DNA of 62,668 nt, filler included, from Vannella sp. (taxonomy: Eukaryota): NCBI GenBank assembly GCA_023345925.1. It is 7 parts of 7 records of this genome, joined end to end, with 100 filler letters (N's around TTAATTAATTAA, not from the genome) between each part and the next. Parts side by side here need not be neighbours in the genome. Positions count along the whole stretch, not along the records: positions 54,257 to 62,668 come from JAJQQN010000048.1; 6 more parts are not named here. One strand, written 5' to 3'. The position numbers and the translations under genes are program-made. How positions within the stretch are numbered: the first letter of the stretch is position 1; every line of letters begins with the position of its first letter. This document shows, one piece after another, positions 55,962 through 62,668 of the stretch. The notes beneath the pieces were generated by a model. It did not search any database, was not told where the DNA came from, and was given only the letters and a program-made list of their open reading frames with translations.

Positions 55962-57287
55962 TTAATTGCGAGCCGCATGGGCAGTGCGGGCGAACTGGTA
56001 ACGAACAGAAAGGAAAGCAAAATAGCGATCGAGGAAGGCAAAGTAGCGGGGAAGATCAACAGCCCCACGGAAGAAGTTGCAAGAGAGGTTCACTTCAAGG
56101 AGGTTCAGGGAGCCGTCATCGGTTTGTGCCACGTCCCAGCCAGCCATGGGCACTTTGGGGAGGAGCTGAGCGTGAGCAGTACGACAAAGCTGCACCATTT
56201 TGTCGATGTCTTCGACCACACGGCCTGTGACAGCCTTCTTAGAGTCAGGATGGCTTGTGACGTTATGGTAGGAAGTCCAAGGGCGCTGGCCCACTTGTGA
56301 GAGGCCAACACGGTACCAGTGGTTGTTGGTAGTGCCTTGTCGTACCTCTCCGGTCTCCATGTCAACGTCGAATAGGATGGAAACGTGGTCAGTCTCTGCA
56401 CGACTCAATCCAGCGCGTAGGACGCAGCAAAAGGGGATCACACGATCTACAGAGTTCTCCTGGGGCTCTTGGCCTTCTGAATCACTGCTATCTTGAAGCT
56501 CCCATCCTGTTACTATGCGGAAGGTTGACAAAGGGGCGTCAGAAGGAAGGAACTGCTTCAAGAACGGTGAGTTAGTGACTCGCTCTTGGATGATCCAGTC
56601 TCCTCCGTGGGTAACACCTTCAAACTGCTGTGTTGGATGATACAGGGAGGTTGGTTGCGATCGGCTGATGGCAAGAGACCGCACTGGGTGCCAAGGGGTC
56701 ACCGGAATACCGCTTTCCCCTCCTGCTTTGAGGAAGACCCACTTGTTCTCCATCCTGTAACCAGGCACGTTGAGCAAGCTACTGTGGAATGTAGCTAGGG
56801 AGCAGTTCATCCTCCATAGTGTGAACCAATCGGTAGGATGAAGGAGTAATTGAAGAAACTCTTCGTGGAAGGCGCGCCATTGTTCCCATTCAAGTCCACA
56901 GCGCAGTACAGCAATGCAGAAGCATAGGATTGGGTTGGTTATGAAGCAGAAGAGGTATCCCAGTGGCTTAGCGCGTACCCAGAAGCTCATCGGCAGTCCG
57001 GTACCGGGAACCGCGACGTTCTTCAAGTTATCGCGCAGATCCTCCTTGTACGTACCCGCACGGTAGTGCGGTTCATCCCAAAGATAGAAGGTGAGCACCA
57101 TCGAGTACAGATGAGCCTTTGCGTGTTGATCTTTCCTCAAAACAGGACAGTTCGTGTACGATCCACCCCGGGCGAAGAAGAACAGCCCTCTCCAGTAGCA
57201 CACCAACACAGGTACACAACGAACCACCTCCATCACCAACAAGAGAGCGAGCGGGGGCAGGGCCGCCAGCGATCGCCACCCGACCAT
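55962..57287 (-). CDS. ATP-grasp protein (sugar-transfer-associated/RimK-related type) with N-terminal hydrophobic segments
   Basis: MENKWVF, WIIQE, STFRIVT and GWDVA..LLEVN; apparently intronless. Confidence 0.75.
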   Translation of the reverse strand: MVGWRSLAALPPLALLLVMEVVRCVPVLVCYWRGLFFFARGGSYTNCPVLRKDQHAKAHLYSMVLTFYLWDEPHYRAGTYKEDLRDNLKNVAVPGTGLPMSFWVRAKPLGYLFCFITNPILCFCIAVLRCGLEWEQWRAFHEEFLQLLLHPTDWFTLWRMNCSLATFHSSLLNVPGYRMENKWVFLKAGGESGIPVTPWHPVRSLAISRSQPTSLYHPTQQFEGVTHGGDWIIQERVTNSPFLKQFLPSDAPLSTFRIVTGWELQDSSDSEGQEPQENSVDRVIPFCCVLRAGLSRAETDHVSILFDVDMETGEVRQGTTNNHWYRVGLSQVGQRPWTSYHNVTSHPDSKKAVTGRVVEDIDKMVQLCRTAHAQLLPKVPMAGWDVAQTDDGSLNLLEVNLSCNFFRGAVDLPRYFAFLDRYFAFLSVRYQFARTAHAARN

Positions 57288-57358
57288 CTCCAAATGGCTC
57301 TAAACGTGGCTAGGACCCTCCAAGGAGGTACTACAGTGGACTAGCATTGTTTCATTTG

Positions 57359-60300
57359 ATGATGGCGCCTCGCAAGTCGGCGGGGGAGTGGTTGGCAGAG
57401 GAAGGCGCAAAGGCGGCCGAGTTGGCTCCTTTGACGAGGTTACGGCGTGCTCAGGTGCTAAAGGAGTTGTTTGATACGGAGGAGATCTACTGCGAGACAC
57501 TCCAGTCGTTGATCTATGTGAGTGGAGGCGTTTGGGAGGGAGAGGGCGGAAAGAAGCTGACTCAGAGGTTAGTCATACGTTGCTCCGTTCTCTTCAACGA
57601 ACCATGGGGGAAGAGCAGTGTCACGGATATTCGTGGGCGTTAGGGAGCTCAGTGAGACGCACACCAACTTGTTGTGCTCGTTTCCTTTGCTTTCGACGAA
57701 CGACGACTCCCTCACTCTTCTGCAAGTTGCTGGACTCTTCTCTATGGCTGTAAGTAAGAACCTAGCGTATAAGATATGCCACTGAAGGTGAGGGGAAGCT
57801 CCCAGCCATCCGGAAGGCGTACCTTGCGTACTACAAAGAGTTTGAGAGCAACGTTCAGCTATTTAAGAGCACCAGGAGCCAGTCACACGAGTTCTCTGAC
57901 TTCATAGCGGTTGGATCCTCTTCTTTACGCTATGAAACTGCGCTTACCTGAAGGATAGGAGAAACGTGATGCTTGTGGAGGACAGGACCTCTCCTGGTTG
58001 CTACGTATGCCTTTACAAAGGCTGGCACAGTATGTGTACTTGCTGAGGCAACTGAGAGGGTGCACTGCCGGGCCAGAGACAATGGAGGGAACTGCTTTAA
58101 CGAACTTAATCCACCAACTGGAGGAGTTGACTTGGCGCCTTGAAAGTGAGCTGGGAGAGGTCAACTACAGTCCCCCCTTGCCCACTTCTACATCCTCTGA
58201 GGCAATAGATAGTACAGATCGCCCAGCAGAGAGCATGCAGCGTTACGAAGGCTGGAATGTCCTCCTTTTAGGTGACGATTCCCACGCAAACAAGAACTGC
58301 TTGCAGCATTGGTTAGCGGCGATACCAGAAGACACCAAAGATCTTCATTCAGAGGTAGCGAAGACGGGAGTACCAGCTTTCCGCAACTATGTTGTTTCTC
58401 AGATCATTGACCCTCCGCTTCTGGAGGCGAGTGAAGGTTCGTGCAGCCTCTCATTTCAATGGAGGGATCTCAATCTGCTTTGATAGAGGTGGTTCTGCGG
58501 TTGTGGGACTTGACCGGGCTGGAAGAGTATCCACAAATGCGGAAACTGAATTACTGCATGGCTGATGTCTTTGCACTTTGCTTTCAGATCGACGACCAAA
58601 CGCAATTCTCGCGGCTCATCCCTTGCTGGTATACGGAGGCAAAGCGCTTCCTCAAGAACGTTCCTTTTGTTCTTGTGGGAACTGGAGGGGAGCTAAGGAG
58701 GGGCTCCTCCTCGTCAGTTGGGAATCTGGTGGGGCTAGAAGAGATCAAAAACCTGTCTAATGTCTTTGGAGTAACTTACATCGAGGTTTCTTTAACTTCT
58801 GGAGAAGGAATAGACCAACTGGTATCCGAACTTTCGTTTCTCGCCGCCCGCCCTGAACAACAAAGCTCCATCAGAGACGGCCGTGAAGATATTGATGAAG
58901 GTAAACACTACGAGGGTAGTGACATGCGACTGACGGTGATTCTCAAGCAAAAGAGCGAGTCATTAACTCGATTTTGGAAGAAAGTATTGATCTGAGTGCT
59001 TTAGCAATCTCAAAATCCCTCCCCACAGAGCTGAAGTTTTGCCAAAACCTCCAAATTCTTGATCTCTCTTGGAACAAGTTCCAAACGCTGCCTTTGGAGT
59101 TGTTTGAGTTGCCTTCCATCACAAAACTGAATTTGAGCCATAACCAGCTAACAACGGTAAACGGCATTGAGTCGATGGTAAGAATAAGGATAGTGATGGC
59201 AAATGGAGTCTCACCGATTGGTAGACACAACTTGTGGAGTTGAGCTTGGAGAGTAACGAGCTTAACTTCTTACCTGCAGGGCTCGGTCACTGTACCAGCT
59301 TGATGAAGCTCAATATGCAACACAATCCTTTGGATACCCTGCCGAAGGATATCTTCTCAAAGAAGCAATTTGACGAGACCAAGTCTCACAAAGACCGAAG
59401 CCAGCTTTATGCTTATCTACGAAGCATTCAAGAAGGAGGTCAAGCTCCTCATTACAGAGCCAAACTGATGTTGGTTGGAGATGGGGAGGTTGGAAAGACA
59501 AGTCTTCTGCAGTGCTTTGTAGACCTCCAACCATCCACAAAAAAGAGACGTGCGAGTATTGCTCCATCCGCTAACTCCTTGAATAAGCCACCGCAAATCA
59601 CAGATGGAATTGATATCAGCGAAGTTCATTGGACTGAGAAAGGTTGTGACCAGCCGATAATCTGGGATTGCTGGGACTATGCAGGACAGGAGATTTACTA
59701 CACTTCTCACCAGTTCTTCCTCTCAGCCGGAGCTGTGTATCTGGTCTGCTTTAACTTGCTCAATCGGGACTTCTCTCGCGTTGAATACTGGCTCAATAGC
59801 GTCCACACTCGAGCCAGAGGTTCTCCCATTATCCTGGTTGGCACTCATGCCGATGATAATCTGTGCACTCCCCAGTACGTTCGGGAGTATCAACAGGAGC
59901 TCAAACGGCGGTACATGAAGCGCTTCAAAAGTCGTTTGGGGGTTCCCAGTATCAAGCACATTGTGGCAATTACTACTCGCTACAAGAGAGGGCTGCCTCA
60001 CGACGATATCAAGAGTCTAATGGAGCGTATCACCGCTATTATGGTGAAAAAGAGGCTCGTAGGAAAGACCTATCCAACCAGTTGGTTGAGCTTAGAGAAG
60101 CACTTGAGGAGTCTCAGCCGCCAGAGAGAGCAAAGCCCATTCATGGATTGGAAAGAGTTCACAGCGACAGCAATCAACTGCCACATCTCAGAAGAGGATG
60201 TCCCTGAAGCAGCAGCATTCCTCCATAGCAGTGGAGTTGTGTGCCACTTCAATGACGAACGGTCTGGTCTCTCTAATCTGGTGATTTTGGATCCCCAATT

Positions 60301-62668
60301 TCTCACCAACGTTATGAGCGCTGTCATTTCCCTTAGGAAAGGATTCATTACAAACGGAGAGATTCTCGAGAAGAATTTAGCTCATATCTGGCGCGCCTTC
60401 GACTCTAAGTTACACAAAGTGTTGATGAGCTTGTTGGAGCGTTTTGAGATTGCCTTTGCGTTGCCAGACTCAGAAGAGGGATCTCGTTACCTCATTCCCG
60501 CTCTCCTTCCTGATACTCAGCCAGACACATACGCATTGATTTGGGGGCAAATTCCTTCGCAAGAAAGCGCTTACCAATTAGGCCGAGTGTATGTCTTCAA
60601 ATTTCTTCCGCTTGGGTTCTTCTCAAGACTGTTTGTGAGAATATTGCATCTACCTGGAGTAGTTGCCTTGGAATACTGGAACACAGGTGTTATCATCTCG
60701 CAAGGACAAGAGAAAGCGATTATCCGTTACAATCCCACAGAGTACAAGCTGACTGCGAACGTTCGCGGGAATCAAGCCAACCTTGGTCGTGGACAATTAC
60801 TCCGACTTTTGGTGGAAAGCGTCGAGACTGTAATTGAAGGATGGTATGAGACTGAGGTTGATATCCAAGTCCCCTGTAATCACTGTGTGGAAGCTGGAAG
60901 CTACTCTCCCTTTATGTTCAGTATGGAAGAGTGCGTTCAACAGGTGACATCTGGGAGTGGACAACCGTATGTCCTTTGCAGAGGCGTGAGGAAGGTTCGA
61001 ATTGATGCTCTGGCTCCAGATATCTCCTTTGCAGATATGTTGACCAAACGCATTGACTTTGCAGACATCGAAGTCAGTCGCATTATCGGCGTGGGAGCAT
61101 TTGGTCAGGTCTATGAAGGGCGCTTGGGAGGTGAGCCTGTTGCCATTAAGGTCTTAGAGAACCAAAAGCGAGATGATTCACCTTCGATTACTCTTCAAAG
61201 TGATGAGAATGACGCGGAATTCCGTCGATTCAATGAGTTCCAGAGAGAAGTGTGGATCATGAGTTGCATTCGCCACTCCAAATTGGTTCGTTTGGAAGGA
61301 ATCTCAACGAATCCGCCTGCCATGATCATGGAGCTCTTACCAATGGGTGATTTATATCACATTCTCTATCCCAAGGATGCGCCAGCATCTTCAAGCAGCG
61401 ATGAGGCTGACCCAGAGACACTTTATCGCCATTCTCGCTTAAAAGAATGGAACCGTCAACTAACCTCCAGCTTGGAGTTGCGGCTAAAAGTGGCCGTGGA
61501 TGTGGCCAAGGGAATGCGGCACTTGCACAGCTTATCGCCTCCCATTATCCACCGCGACTTACGCAGTCCCAACATCTTTGTAAGGACGAGGAACCTTCGC
61601 TTTCTATTCTAACTCCTCGGAACAGATAATCAGTATGTCGTTAGAATCGGAAACTGTTGCGAAAGTGGGAGATTTCGGGCTTTCCCGCTTGGTTGCAACA
61701 ACCCTTGCTGGAGGAGATTTTAATGTCAATTGGTTGGCACCAGAAGTTATGAGAGGAGAGCAGTACACAGAGAAGATTGATGTGTACTCCTTTGGCATCA
61801 TCTGCAACGAATTGATCTCCATGCGTCAGCCCTTTGCCGAGTATGATGACCAATACCACGGCAAACCTCGTGATGTCTTCAAGAAGGCAGTCGTCGCAGG
61901 ACTGCGACCAAGTATAGAGGAGTGAGTGACTTTTAAAGAGCTGAGCGACTGGATCTAATGTGATTAGGTCTTGCCCTGAACCGCTCAAACGTTTCATCCA
62001 AGATTGTTGGGCAGGAGAACCAACAGAAAGACCATCCTTCACTGAAGTTGTGGCCCGTTTGATTCCGATTGTACATGAAATGGGATTCAGTGTGAAAGAT
62101 GACGAGGAAGTCTTCGAGGAAGAGCCAATTCTTCCTCACCAAATGACGGCTTCCCGTCATAACTCGATCAGTTTAAGCGAAGGTCAAAGAGCGATCAAGT
62201 TTGACCGGAAGCTCGAACCGATCCACCCACACTCTGTCCAGTGCCTATGCAAAGTCAACAATCAAGTGTGGGCTGGCTGCAGGAACGGAGTAATCCGGAT
62301 TTGGGATGCCTCTTCAGGAGACTTTGTCATTGACATCAAAGCGCACAAAGTAGGAGTCTATTCCTTGCAGTTCATCGCAGGATTTGTTTGGTCTGGCTCC
62401 GAGGACGGCTCAATTAATGCCTTTGAAGCAAGCAGCAAAGACCTGAAAGCGCATCATGTTTCCAAACCCACCAAAGCGAAAGAGGAAGCGGGAATTCGAT
62501 GCCTTCTTCCCCTTCGGGAGTTCTCTGACATGGATGCAAAAAGCAAGTCTGTCCGAGTCCTGTCAGGCGATAACACTGGCGCACTTATCATCTGGAAAGT
62601 GAAAAAGGTAGCTCAATCTATTAACTACGAGGTCACATACTCAATTCTTGACAGAAATCACCTTCAAA
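57359..62668 (+). CDS. Roco-family kinase: DH(RhoGEF) - degenerate Rho-like GTPase - LRR - Roc - COR - kinase - WD40-like; 3'-truncated
   Basis: Hand-spliced continuous frame. DH ELFDTEEIY...LRMPLQRLAQY; Rho-like LRLWDLTGLEEY; LRR LDLSWNKF; Roc GDGEVGKT/WDYAGQ/GTHAD; COR ILDPQFL; kinase GVGAFG/VAIK/HRDLRSPN/DFG/APE; WD40-like VWAGCRNGVIRIWD. Confidence 0.9.

Noticed and set aside
1..62668. Alternative genetic code or programmed frameshifting to explain fragmented ORFs
   Set aside because: The breaks I examined in conserved genes are resolved by canonical short introns with YTRAY-like branch sites, and TAA, TAG and TGA all terminate conserved genes.
1..62668. tRNA/rRNA genes
   Set aside because: None recognised by eye; tRNAscan-SE/Infernal would be needed to exclude small RNAs.

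Overview
This is eukaryotic nuclear DNA, not prokaryotic. Seven unrelated contigs (1-9046, 9147-17928, 18029-26469, 26570-41991, 42092-48117, 48218-54156, 54257-62668) are joined by artificial 100-bp N44-TTAATTAATTAA-N44 spacers, so adjacency across a spacer means nothing. The genome is very compact, with about 33 genes or gene fragments, short (~40-70 nt) GT-AG introns and intergenic gaps often of 20-130 bp. The gene content (Roco kinase, CblA-type SH2-RING, Slob pseudokinase, divergent Rac paralogues, RasGEF) suggests an amoebozoan-like protist (inference). Most frame breaks in the ORF track are introns; I rebuilt the gene models by hand. The most notable items are: (1) a Roco kinase whose N-terminus carries a RhoGEF DH domain fused to a degenerate Rho-like GTPase; (2) an intronless GREB1/TAGT-like glycosyltransferase of the family linked to DNA-base glycosylation; (3) a Crypton-like tyrosine recombinase relic; (4) a Fam20-like secretory kinase apparently lacking its catalytic Asp; (5) several degenerate small GTPases; (6) a dispersed non-coding repeat shared by two contigs; and (7) a recurrent TCATT element just upstream of start codons. 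All family assignments come from recognising motifs by eye; no database search was run.
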